The notes: generated from the sequence alone by a model not told the origin. Positions 26,427 to 41,227 are shown, numbered from the stretch's first letter. The stretch: 64,000 bases of DNA from Eledone cirrhosa (GCA_964016885.1 OZ024740.1:115196001-115260000), one strand, 5' to 3'. Numbers and translations are program-made.

Positions 26427-27544
26427 TATATTTAGTTTGATTTATATTTATATGAGAACTAGCCGATAAATCTTTTGATTCCTAAATCTTTGATTCCCTC
26501 TTTTTACTCTTTCTATTGTTTATTTTTTTTATTTATTTTTTTTTTTTTTTTTTTATTTTTTTATTTTTTTTTTTTTTTTATTATTATTTTTTATCTAAAC
26601 ATTCCTCATGAAAAATTAAGCTACCCTAAAAGCCGATGCTCCAAATTTTTTTGAATTAACCTTACACTAGATAAACTTCTATATTAAATATAGGAACTTA
26701 TGTAGACATTATTGGACATCATAATCTTTTTTTGCGATATTCTTTGCTAGATGTGATTTGATAGATAATTTCTGGCTTTGTCTTGTAGTGAACTTGGCAA
26801 TATATTGTCAATTAACTTTGAAGGGTTGTTCTTTGTGGTTTATTTTTATTTTATTTTATTTTTATTTTTATTTTTATTTTTATTTTTATTCTTTTAGTAT
26901 TGTAGTATTCTATATTTTTATTTTTTATTTTATTTTTTCTATTTTTAATATTTTTATATGTAAATTTTTAATACGTAATATTTTTTAATACGTAGTATTT
27001 TAATATGCAATATTTTTATTATGTAATATTCTTTCGTAATATATTTTTTTTAGTTTTCTATTCTATATTTTTATATATTTTTACTTATTATTATTATTAT
27101 TATTGTTATCTTTGTTTATAATATAATATATATTTTCGATTAGTATATTGAAATCTGCTCTCTATTTCTGCTTGATAGATAATCTTGTAGAGTAATCGCA
27201 AGAATAATAATACGCTCAAATTTTTATACCACACTGAGAATGTTTTCCGGTAACTAAAAGTTTGCAGAGTGAATCAGTTGGATTCACATTGATGTTTGTA
27301 GCTGTCACATAAACATATGAATTTTTTAAAACTAAACATAAGATAAGGAATTTTCACACATTGTAAATACTTGTTTCATTCAGGAATACTGATATTTACA
27401 ATATAGTGTAATTTTTATAAATACTAATACATTAAAACATAGGGTTTTCTACGCCTCGAATATGTCTGGCTATTTTTAAATTTTTTACTCTCTCTATATC
27501 TCTCTATATCTCTCTATATATCTCCCTTACAATAATACTTGAGC

Positions 27545-27583
<39 letters not shown>

Positions 27584-27943
27584 ATGTATCATTGATACAC
27601 TTACTCAAAATGACCTCCCACTACCTAATTTTCTATATATATATATGTATCTATCTCTATTTCCTCTCTCTATATATATATATATCTCTTTCTGTCTCTT
27701 TACATGAAGCTCTTCGCTTTATCTATTTTTCCATCTCTCTATTTTGTCCCATGCATTTCTTCTTTTTCTTTTTCTTCTTTTTCTTCCTCTTCTTCGTTTT
27801 GTCTTTCTTTCTTTCTTTTTTCCCTCTTTTCTTTCTCTCTTTCTTTCTCTCTGTATTTTCACTGCTAGAGTAAACCTCTTCAAATGAAGTTGATGTTTAT
27901 TACGGTATGTCGAATATATTTATCTATAAAACTGTTTATATTG

Positions 27944-28009
27944 TATTTTGTCTGATGAAGGCATAACATATTGTTAATATGATATCCCCGAAATATATAT
28001 AATGAAATA
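27944..28009 (+). ncRNA. Minimal type I hammerhead ribozyme motif (right arm)
   Basis: Stem I TATTTTGT/ATGAAATA; CTGATGA 27952-58; stem II around CATATT/AATATG; GAAA 27990-93; palindromic TATATA stem III; AUA cleavage site after 28001. Confidence 0.82.
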
Positions 28010-28077
28010 AATATGGTTTTATAAATATAGTTTTCCATTTATTTAATATTGTATATATATATATAAAGAGAGAGAGA

Positions 28078-28490
28078 TCATCATCATCATCATCATCATT
28101 GAGGCCAGTGTCGAACGTTCCTGACAAAGTCTCTCCACAATTCAAAATGTTCGATTGCTCCTGGCAACTGGTCCCTACAGGGGTTTCTACAGTCTGAGAG
28201 TTGATCGATGAATGTTCGAGAAGATCTTCCTTCACTGTGTTTCCCGTGAGTTAGTTCCAACAATAGCTTGTGTATAACTTCCTGCTAACTTCTCCAGCAA
28301 TATCCTGCAAATCGTAACCCTCTTTGAGCAATTGTTGTTATCCTGTTCAGGTTTCCGTATAAACTTTCGTTTGTAATACGTTCATGCCAGTGTATGCGCC
28401 ATCAACAATGATGACTTCACAGATATTCTGAAGAATTATATTTTGATTTTCCTGAGTAATTAATAAATGTGGTCTTAAAACTTTGACCAT
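28078..28490 (-). mobile_element. RTE-type LINE 3' remnant with (GAT)n tail
   Basis: The minus strand gives GYCWRS*QEVIHKLLLELTHGKHSEGRSSRTFIDQL, a typical RTE C-terminal motif. Confidence 0.7.
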
Positions 28491-28848
28491 GATAGAACAT
28501 ATTCATATATATATTTATATATATGAATATATATATTTATATATATAAATATGACACATCCCGAGCTGAAGATCCGCGAAGGTGAAACAATTGTTCTCGG
28601 TGTGGTGAACAAACTGTTGTGTAACCACTTCTATATATATATATGTATATACACATATAGATATATCTATATATTTGTGTATGTTTTTGTGTGTATGTGT
28701 GTGTGTGTGTTTGAGTGTGTGAGTGTGTGTAAGTACTGACATAGTCAAAGTTTTATTACCACACTACATTTTTAAATAAAAATGGAAATAGAATTTAATA
28801 TTCACTTTAAATTATCAACTCTACTGAAGTCATATTTTGAGACAACAA

Positions 28849-29858
28849 TCTATATATATAAAACTGAGGTTGTCTGTCTGTCTATCGATTTTTGGCACAC
28901 ATCTCCTCTTAGAATCTCTCACGGAATTGCACCGAAATTGCTATACTTGTACATTGAGCCCTAGCGAAGACATCGGAAAAAAATATTTCAAATTGACCCG
29001 CCCTATCTGACGAAATCGAATATAATGTATCGATTTTTTAGCGTAAGTGATCAGTTATTTCCCTTTGTCCTGTTTACATTAAGCGTCTGCGTGCAAAAAT
29101 TAAAAAAATTACGCTGGCTTTCTCAGCGAAGCCTTTTAAAACAATATTTTTACTTGAAAACAAGTCTATTTAAAGACTACGTAAAACAAGCAAATATTTC
29201 GTTAAAAAAAAGCAAAAATTATATAAGTTTATTTAAAATATATGTATCTGTAAATTTCGTTAGGCGTGCAGACAGACAGTCGTGCAGACAGATAGTCGTG
29301 CAGAGAGGTGATATACGCGTGCAGACAGACAGTCGTGCAGAGAGGTGATATACGCGTGCAGACAGACAGTCGTGCAGAGAGGTGATATAGGCGTGCAGAC
29401 ATACAGTCGTGCAGAGAGGTGATATAGGCGTGCAGACAGACAGTCGTGCAGAGAGTTGATATAGGCGTGCAGACAGACAGTCGTGCAGAGAGGTGATATA
29501 GGCGTGCAGACAGACAGTCGTGCAGAGAGGTGATATAGGCGTGCAGACAGACATAACTGATAATTTGGTTACGCTAATGTTTTTCTCTGCGTTGCAGTGT
29601 TTACATTTTCGATCTTTGTTAATAAATAACCAGTGCAGTTTTTATCCCCAGCATCCTCTTTTGTTATAACATTCGGGTTATCGTTATGTTTTCTTAACTT
29701 CATAAGGCATATTGTTGGTTGAGGGAATATTAATCAAAAACACCACATGCAAGTCTGCACAGTAGACACTACAGTTTTTAAGCCAAAAAAGAAACTTAAC
29801 ATTGTAACTTTAACACAGCTACTGAGCGACCCCGAGCAACGCCGGGCTTTACTGCTAG
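28849..29858 (+). mobile_element. Non-autonomous Helitron
   Basis: 5' TC(TATA)..GTCTGTCTG; 3' hairpin CCCGAGCAACGCCGGG (29831-46) then CTAG; sits between A (28848) and T (29859); no TSD seen. Confidence 0.85.
29263..29552 (+). repeat. 37-bp minisatellite (~8 units) inside the Helitron
   Basis: Unit GGCGTGCAGACAGACAGTCGTGCAGAGAGGTGATATA. Confidence 0.93.
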
Positions 29859-30559
29859 TTTTACTATAAACTAACACATCTTTTAACATGATGAACTCTT
29901 AAATGTGAGGAAGTATCATGAAATATCCTTGTAAATGTGCTTTAATCCATTCATTCTTCATAGAACTCACTACGGCTTTGCGTTAAATATCTTGATATCT
30001 ACATCCTTCTTCTTCACGTACTTTCGCAAATGTTCAATGAAATTGCGGTCAGGCTTATTTCCATGCGATTCTTGTATTGTGACCTTGATATTTTAAATGT
30101 AATATTGCATAATCTTTGTTTGGTTGCATGGAACACCATCTAACTTGAATGGATTTCCAGTTTGTTCTTCAACAGTTCAAGGTCAACTATAGTTGTTCCA
30201 AGACCAAAGAGATTTAAACCAATGGTATCTCAGAGTGGTATATCATCTGACTGGGTGGCTGTTTCATTTTCTGTAGGAAATATCTTTTTCCATCTGTCCT
30301 CACGAGATTATCTTGATGTACTATAGTGTTGAGTTATCGGAAAATATAAATTGGCCCATTTCGATATCGAAACAATTGTAATATGCAAATACAGTTTGTA
30401 CATATGCTGCAATAGTGACTTCGACTCTTTTAAATTTATTTACACTCTGCACACTGCAGCCGTAACTCTGGAATAAAACCCAAACGGACCTCGTAACAGC
30501 ATTGAGTGCTTCGACAGCGCGCCACCAGTAAATGTTGTTACACACGTACTTACTAAACA

Positions 30560-32640
<2,081 letters not shown>

Positions 32641-33377
32641 ATATATCACTTTCTTTAAATGATCGTCTATGTGAAATCTTACATTTTAATATAAAGCCAT
32701 CTTTCTACATATACATATTTACAATATTTCATTCATATTTTATGACTAACACATATTATAAAATATATTCGTGTGTCAGATTGTTCACACTCTATGGTTA
32801 CATTGTAGTTTTTCTCACTTATTTCATAAGATACATCTCTTGTATTTCAAGTTTTCTTCTGTAATAAATCGTTATATCAACTCCTGTATGTTTATTGCGC
32901 CTCACACGAGCATATCAAACACAGACAAGTAGCAGAGTTGTTAGAGGGTAGGACAATATGCCTGGCCGTGTTTGTTCCATTGGTCTTTGTTCTTTGTTCA
33001 AATTTAACTGCTTTCTTTGGCCGATAATATACGATACCATTCCAGCGCTTTGAACAGGCGGAATTTTAAAAATGTCGAGTGGGATGTCTTGTGGTATTTG
33101 TTCCATATACCAACAATACTGCCTGGCTTTGGGATGCTTTGTTGTAATCATTCGGGCTGGGTCTCCAGTTGGAAGATACTATCATTCCTCCCTCTACTAG
33201 CCAGAAGGCCGTGAAAGTATTCCTAAGCACTGCTATTCTCTTTCTGGTTAAGCAATAAAAATACTATAGTCTTCTAGATAAATATAACTGATAACATTAA
33301 GATAAAAATATAACAATAATTTGAGCAAGTTTTGGACCCTCTAATTTGAGTAATCGCTTCATAATATTATGTATGAT

Positions 33378-33535
33378 TACGCCATGTTTTCCAGCATAGA
33401 TTTACGGCCCTTTACGGTCTGAATTCAACTCCCGCCGAGGTTAATTTTGCCTTTCATCCTTAAGGGGTCGATAAAATAAAGCACCAGTAATGTACTGGGG
33501 TAATTGCTGGCCTTGTGCCAATAGCAGAGACAAAA
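33378..33535 (+). mobile_element. tRNA-derived SINE, 5'-eroded
   Basis: Matches the SINE consensus. Confidence 0.85.
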
Positions 33536-33718
33536 ATATTATGTATGATTGCAATAAAGGTTTCCATTGTAGAAGTTTCAATGTTTAATTTCAATACGTC
33601 TGCTAGTTCTATTTCACTAAATATCAGTAGATGTGTCTCACATAATAGGAATAATTCCAATCACATCCGGGTTAAAACCGAAGTGCAATACATGTTGTAT
33701 TTACAGGGGGGGGGGGGT

Positions 33719-33758
<40 letters not shown>

Positions 33759-34054
33759 AGCCTGAAATCATTATTCAATGCCAATTTTCAGAATATCTCT
33801 GTTCATGGAGCAATTAGAACAAGTAAAAATATTTTGGCACACTTCTAAATTCAAAAACTTATTTAACAGAGGTATTTATGAATATTAAGATGGTATAAAG
33901 TAGAAGAGAATCATGCATTTGGATTTTGTGGAGTGAGGGAGCAATGGTTCTATTCTTAGTTTAGTCTTTGATAAAACTTCATTCTACCATTTTGTGCTGT
34001 GGGTAAACAAATATTTCATATATATTAGGTCTGAACATAATGGAATCAAATTCC

Positions 34055-34310
34055 CATTGTCACTGCCTCAGTCTCTCTCAGCTCTCCCAATCTCTCACTA
34101 TTATAAGCAAAGGGCGGTCGATGCGCTAGCCACCCTGCGGCCCCGGCGGGACAGAATGGAGAAGGCATTTCCCAAGAGGATGATGAGGGAGATGTGTTAG
34201 AAGAGCCATTCTAGCTCGTGAGGCTCAGACCTACGGGTAGCCAACTTCGTTCTGAGGGTGGTGAGTAGGGACGTGGTCGTAGGGCCAAGGACACCAGAGG
34301 TCTCTACAGC
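34055..34310 (-). mobile_element. CRE-type (REL) LINE 3' remnant
   Basis: VETSGVLGPTTTSLL..EPHELEWLF*HISLIILLGNAFSIL. Homologous to 60790-61060. Confidence 0.7.
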
Positions 34311-34907
34311 TGTTTCTCACTTTGACAGTTATATGCAAAATTCATTACGAATTTTAATTTACATTTTTCATGAATTGAAATAGAATCTTGCTCTATTGTG
34401 GCGCCCATAATTATAAGCGGTGGCGCACCAATACGCCGTGATGTACAGTTTGAGATAATGTCTCTAATGGGTGTATAGTAACCTATTTTCTCATTCGGGT
34501 TTATGTAGATATTTCGAACAATGTCAGGAATATGTAACAAATTGTTCACACTTACCAGTGACACTCAAAGCTGAGAGAATTAAGAGTAGCACTGCAAGAA
34601 AAGAGGGAGGGGGGGGCGTACGGGGGATCGTTGGGAGAAAAGGAGTTCGGGAAGGGGCAAAAAATACAAATCTGTAATTGTTCGAAAACTGCCACCTTCA
34701 ATAAATGCTTAAATAAGATATTAATAAAATCGGATGCAATATGAGGGAGATTTTACTATTTTGTGCAAATATGTACAGATTCGCAAAATGTATCTCAACC
34801 ACATAACGCCAATAGGAACGGTTGGAATTATATTGTAAACATTATGTGAAAAATCTGTTGGATTCGTAGAAACTGTTGCTGATCTGTGTAACTACATATA
34901 TAAATAC

Positions 34908-35039
<132 letters not shown>

Positions 35040-35144
35040 AAGGTTACAATAATTGCGTTCGTATGCGGTATGCGTATCAGCACTCGATGCTTACGCGGAG
35101 CAGAGTATATTATAGATAACGAGGAATCAGTGATGCATTAAAAC

Positions 35145-35242
35145 ACAATTTATTACATATGTTTCTCCGACGATCAGCTCAAGGCAGGATCTATTATAAA
35201 TCGAACCTTACTCTGCATTCGCAAGGTCCTCAGATATGTTTT
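35145..35242 (-). ncRNA. Candidate hammerhead motif
   Basis: CTGAGGA ... GAAA CATATG TA with a palindromic stem III. Stem I is weak and the stem II region is long. Confidence 0.45.
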
Positions 35243-35680
35243 CGTTTTCAAGGTATTTCTTTCAACTGACAATATTCGGTCCGTTTCATCCCCTGCAATT
35301 GACATCATCCTGTTTATGCGGCCTACTCATTGGCAACGAGTTTGAGGCGTCACCTCCTTTCTTGACCAGTCAAATGTGACCACTGGTTGCATTAATTCAC
35401 GCGTGACCTGTCCATCTCTCGAACTTGGTGAGCAAACTACTACTATGCGGGCGTACATACATACACACACGCCCATACACGCACATATATGTATAAACAC
35501 ACACATACGCACCCATATGTATATACACACACATGTACGCACATACAGACACACATAGATGCATACAGATACACACACTTGCATACATTCATATATACAT
35601 ACACATGCACGCACACATACATACATACGCACACACAGGCGCCCACAGATACGTACTCCCTTGCTCGTACCCGTGTAGAC

Positions 35681-35758
<78 letters not shown>

Positions 35759-35767
35759 ATATTTATA

Positions 35768-35985
35768 ATATATTTAGAAACACACAGATACATGCGGACA
35801 CACACATATATACATGAATGCATCCGCACCCAACTGTGAGTTAAGGGTGCCAACTTCACCGATGTTGCTCAATGAATGACTGGGACAGACCAATTCAGTT
35901 TGAACTAGACTGAACCAGTTGGGTGTGGATGCATTCATGTATATATGTGTGTGTCCGCATGTATCTGTGTGTTTCTAAATATATT
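35768..35985. repeat. ~70-bp inverted repeat pair with ~80-bp spacer, next to (TA)n
   Basis: AATATATTTAGAAACACACAG..CACCCAACTG versus CAGTTGGGTG..TTTCTAAATATATT. Confidence 0.9.
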
Positions 35986-36250
35986 GTTAATAACTCCCTC
36001 TGGTCGAGCAATCTTTGAAGTGTGGGGACAACTGGAAAGCTTCCATTACTCATACTTCTCGCCTTCTTCACCACCTCTTCTGCGGCTTCGATATAAGTAC
36101 CCCCTCCGCCTCCGTGGTATTTTCTTCGTGGTTATAAGAGGCTTAGCTCTGTTTCTCGACCGTTATATCGCGTGACTATCTCCCCCTCCGCCTTTTGGGA
36201 TTCTTTCTCACGTCGTGTAGACGCGTTCTTGAGACTAGTAAAATGAGGTA

Positions 36251-36338
36251 TCCTCTTGATAAGTCGGCAGACCTCGCAGGGACTCTATATCTTTGATATA
36301 TTGTTTTTGTTTATGCCACGAAACTACGTAGTCGAGGA
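36251..36338 (+). ncRNA. Type I hammerhead motif with U3-A8 variant core
   Basis: TCCTC/GAGGA stem I; TTGATAA; GTCGGCA/TGCCAC stem II; GAAA; CTACGTAG palindromic stem III; GUC site. Confidence 0.75.
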
Positions 36339-36466
36339 ATTTAGGAGCAGTTTAGGTATGATACATTTTATTACTAATTATATCTAAATGTTTCTTCTCT
36401 CTTCATAATGTATATATATTTATATATATATATATTTATATATACACATACACACATACACACATA

Positions 36467-36544
<78 letters not shown>

Positions 36545-36994
36545 GAGAAGAAAGAAGAATACTGCGTGGTTGCACATGGGTTATATATGATAAAATTAGT
36601 CCCTCGTCAGTGATTTGCCAACCATCATTGATATTTCATCGCATTATATATATATATATATATTTATATATACACATACATACACACATATGTGTGCGTA
36701 TATATATATACGCAAACACGCATATACATATGTCTGTAAACACACATACATGCATATACATACATATACATACATAAACACATATACACACACGCATAGA
36801 TAAATAGGCCTACAATCACACACTCGCATGCATATCTACGCTGACATACCTATACATACGTACACATTTGCATAAAATATACATACAGTTACTACACACA
36901 CACATACCCGCCTAACTCGTCTCATACTCGTGCCGCTAAAAATAGCAGTCGGTTTTATGGGACTAAAATTGGCTCAACGTATGGAGCCGTGAAT

Positions 36995-37394
36995 ATTAAA
37001 TATTGAGTTATAAACTCGAAATAGTCTTTTACAATTAAATAGCTCAAAGAAGGGAATATTTCCGAGCACAGGAATAGTAACTTTCACTTAATTGTTGCGA
37101 AACAAATTTTAAAATTTGTCCGGGCATCACTGCCATTGCCAATATAGGTTTGTTATTTTTATTGATTTATTATTTTAAATCGAGACAGGCAAATCATATT
37201 ATGTTGGCAAATCATATTATGTTAAATTAGTATTTTTCAACCTAGCAAACTTGGTCATTTGCAATTCGAACACATGTATACTTGTATAGGTGTTCATCCC
37301 TCATATATTCATTTGTATTACACGGCTCGGAAATATTCCCTTCTTTGAACTATTTTATTGTAAAAGACTATTTCGAGTTTATAACTCAATATTT
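36995..37394. mobile_element. MITE-like element with ~70-bp terminal inverted repeats
   Basis: AAATATTGAGTTATAAACTCGAAATAG..TTCCGAGC is inverted at 37325-37394. Confidence 0.7.
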
Positions 37395-37522
37395 GATATA
37401 TATATATATACATAGTTTCGTTGACAAGTATATTAATGTGCACAGACACACAGATATATTGCCCTTGGTATGACAGTATGGCTTTAGCTCAATGTAGGAT
37501 AACCAGTATGCTACAGAGCCGT

Positions 37523-38864
37523 TATAAGTTTAGGAATAACCAAAGAGTGCTTAGAAATACATTGTTTTATTTGCTAACAGTATTTCATCCATACCCTAGG
37601 GCAGGAATCATCGGAGCTTATAAACAAAAATATATCAAAGGTTGCAGGCTCCATCGAGCTCTGTCTTCAGAACAAGGATAAAGGACAAGTCCCAAGGCCA
37701 GCGCTGTATAGAATAACACATAATACATGATACATATAATTGTTTCTACTTTTTGGCACAAGGCCAGCAATTACCCAGTGCATTACTGGTACTTTATTTT
37801 AGCGACCCCGTAAGGATGAAAGGCAAAGTTAACCTCGGCGGGATTTCAACTCACAGTGGCAAGGGCCGTAACTCTATGCGTCAAACATGGCGTCCGACCC
37901 TGATACAAATAATGTCATAAAAAATTGCATCAAAAGTTTATCACATAAATGGTGTAATAGATCTTAAGGAGGTTGAGAGAGGAGAGCAAGAAATAAATGA
38001 GGGTGTTATTCAGCATGATCAAAAAACAAAACAAAGCATAGACACACCAATTCACAAACAGTGCAAACACAGGATTTACAGGCAGAGTATGAAAGATTGT
38101 AAGCAGGAGTCAGTAAAAAGAAAAGTTGGTTAGCTGTGGTGCAGCTTCACAGGCAGGACTGTTTATAGGAAAGATGGTACACTCAAGTAGTATCGCCTTG
38201 CAACAGGTCGATTTCTCCGTATCAGACCACCACCCTCCATCAATTGGTTCCAGTTCCAAGCATTAGGCGATTTAATATTAGGTTTCCAAAACATACGCAT
38301 AGAGGATTTCTCCACAGAGGCATTTTCAATAAACACTTTAAATCTAAAATAAAGTACAATGAAGCGAAGTAAAGTAGAGTACATGCATTGCTGGAACTTC
38401 AATGAAGAAAGTGAAAATAAAACAGGTCCGCAATATCTGCTATCTCTTAAAGTCTTCGCGTTCGGTCACGCAACCCAACGTCCCACGTGAAATACACTGT
38501 ATGGCCGAGTCGGCATCGAACTAAAGTGCCACACCATATGTAAATATACCACAGTAAATGTTATTCGTGATGGCTAGTCAGTCGCGTAGACAGAAAGCGT
38601 ATATAGAAAACTCCGCTTATGGCATTACCTATGGCAGAGTGAAGGAAAAGCAGTGATGATTACGTTAATAAGCTCGCTTATTAGAATAAGTGTAAATTTC
38701 TGGTGTGTTCAAGTACTGCAGAAGATATAGTAAACTCACGGCTAAAACTGCTAATGACAACAATGTTGTTTACATGTTCACCACATGGTTTTTGTGTTAT
38801 GAAACACTGTTAGCAAATAAAACAATGTATTTCTAAGCACTCTTTCGTTATTCCTAAACTTATA
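37523..38864. mobile_element. Element bounded by 66-bp inverted repeats (possible inverted pLTR ends), with a SINE inserted
   Basis: 37523-37588 is the reverse complement of 38799-38864. The right end runs into (TA)n. Confidence 0.7.
37738..37901 (-). mobile_element. tRNA-derived SINE
   Basis: Reverse complement of the SINE consensus. Confidence 0.88.
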
Positions 38865-39369
38865 TATATACATATGCATACATATATGTGTACATACACA
38901 CATACGTGCATGTGTACATACCCATACACGTGTGTATAGACAGACAGACAGACAGACATACACACACTCATAAATACACAGATATACCCTACATACATAT
39001 GTGTATATGCACACATACACACGCACGCATAGGCACACACACATATGCGTACATATACACACATGTATACATCGAGTAGGGTGAGATATGGTATTAACGT
39101 GAAATAAACCATATAAAAATACACATGGAAAACTCATAAAAAATACATACAATAGAATAAATTACAATAAGGTAAAGTTGAGCACATTAATAAAAAGTAA
39201 GATAATATTGAGTACATCAATCAAAATTAAGATGCCGTATCTGCGATGGCGTGATGACAGTTTTAATTAAAATACAATGCAATATATATGTAACGTTGGT
39301 GTGCTGACATGTTCTAAATAAAATATAGTATAATCAATAGTATGATGTCACATTCCATATACTTGTGTC

Positions 39370-40405
39370 GGTCCCCTTATTCATGTACCTCCACGGGGCT
39401 CAAATTAGACCTATCCGGGTATTCCAATACAGAGAATGTGCATTTTCGTTGATGTCTGCATGCCATGATGACTCGGATTTCAGGTTGACTGCGTCACCCT
39501 TTAATCTCACTATTTCCATGGCTTCAGTAAAGCACAGCCTGCATCGCCCTTCGCCAGCTGAGTATGTATTTCCACGTTGAATGATACTCCAGTTGAGATC
39601 GTACACAGTGCCACTATCTTTCATGTCCCATATCAAGTCTGCTAGCCTAGTGGAGTGCCTCTTTTCCCGGTCCTTAAAAGAATTCGTGTGATTGTACATC
39701 CTCGCCTTAAAAGTCGTGGATGTTGCACCGATGTAGGAGTGCTTAGCGTTTTGCGTGTTTATATACAATGCCCTTCACTAGGAAATTCCCCTGTAGAAGG
39801 CATTGTGTGCAACGCGGCAGTTGCAAGTTCTGGTTATATGCTGCTTAGTATTTACGCAAGGACTTGGCCTTGGTGCGGCGGCGCCCCACCTCCTCCAGGG
39901 TGTTCCGCAGGCGCAGCGTACTAAGTGCTCGTGGTCGGCGCCACCTGGTTATCGAGTTCTGTGTCTACTGCGGGTTGATCGCCGCTTAAGGGGTCTGCGC
40001 CGCAATTGCTGACCGCGTCCCTATGTGCTCCTCCTGCCCCCCCCCCCCCCCCCCCCGAGATACCACTCGCCTGTAGTTTGTAGTTGTCGACGTTCGAAGT
40101 TCCTCATTTTCACTGGCTTAATTTTAGCTGTATAGTCGGCCATGTTGGGTGCAGTCGAAAATGAGAACTTCACTGTGTGGCAATTGAAAAGCCTGTGGTA
40201 CCTGTGCGACGCCGGGAAGCACTCGTCTACTGCCTTGAAGAAGAGGCTGAATATGTTGGGGCATATGTGTTTCGAATACGTGGTTCAATGCACCGTATTC
40301 AGCTCAGCCGTCGGGGTCCCGACTCTTCTCCTATTACCCACTCTACTACCCATTGAGTCGAGTACTCAAGCTCGTTATGGCCACCTGGTTCCTTACCACA
40401 CTTTC
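39370..40405 (-). mobile_element. Penelope-like fragment (linker + GIY-YIG) with inverted terminal module at its 5' side
   Basis: FFKAVDECFPASHRYHRLFN, CNCRV, YIGATSTTFKARMYNHTNSF..CRLCFTE. 40310-40405 matches the terminal module at 17745-17850. Confidence 0.88.
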
Positions 40406-40409
40406 TTTG

Positions 40410-40448
<39 letters not shown>

Positions 40449-41227
40449 ATTAACTTTTTCTTTCTCTCTCTATCTCTTTCTTTCTCTCTATCTAACTACA
40501 AGAGAAACCTGATACTTCTATCTATATAACGTGATATCTGATCAGCTTCAGGCAATCTAGTCAATATATATTATTTACCATTCAGAATTAACACACACAT
40601 GACACTTTATTCCAGTGTAAATCACTCTTTCAAAAGGGGATTGTTAAAAATCATTCATTGGTTCTCCGAACGAATCGTTTCATCTCCAGCGCGATAAACA
40701 TTAAGTAAATATATGTTAACACTAAATAAACACTTACTGGCTACGTTTATCTCAGTAATTTATCTGAAATCTCTCTGCAAATCCTAATCCATCACTGCCA
40801 CATTAAAGCGTTTTAAATTCACCACACTGGCTCAGAAACGTAATTCATTTTTCTCTTATTTCGTTCTCAAGGACAGACTTCGATTACTTTTACAAGCACA
40901 CTTAAACATACAAACTTATGCACACACCCACCCATGCATGTACCCGCGCTCTACCTACTGAGAAACAATCATATATCCTCTTTCTCTCTTTCTCTCTCTC
41001 TATATATATATATAAATATAAATATATTTATTTATTCATATGCATGTATGTATGTCTGTATATATGTATGTATATAAGTCTCAACTTTGTCTCCTATCCT
41101 ACAACATCGTTCTCTCGATATCCTATGTTCAATTCCAATTTCCACTTCTCTCTATCTTTCTAATTCTCATCTCTCTTTATCAGGTCCTCCATATTATTAT
41201 CATTATTGTTATTATTGTTATTATCAG

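Larger units (their letters stand above)
21364..28053 (+). mobile_element. Penelope-like element in foldback configuration: ~90-bp tail, 2.9-kb inverted arm, 0.8-kb spacer, 2.9-kb arm
   Basis: 21454-24377 is the reverse complement of 25165-28053. Flanked by (TA)n on both sides. Encodes RT + GIY-YIG. Confidence 0.95.

Noticed and set aside
29263-29552. CRISPR-like 37-bp periodicity
   Set aside because: The units are contiguous with no unique spacers, there are no cas genes, and the array is inside a Helitron.
33706-33757. ~50-nt poly-G tract
   Set aside because: Homopolymer of uncertain length, with no further structure that can be supported.
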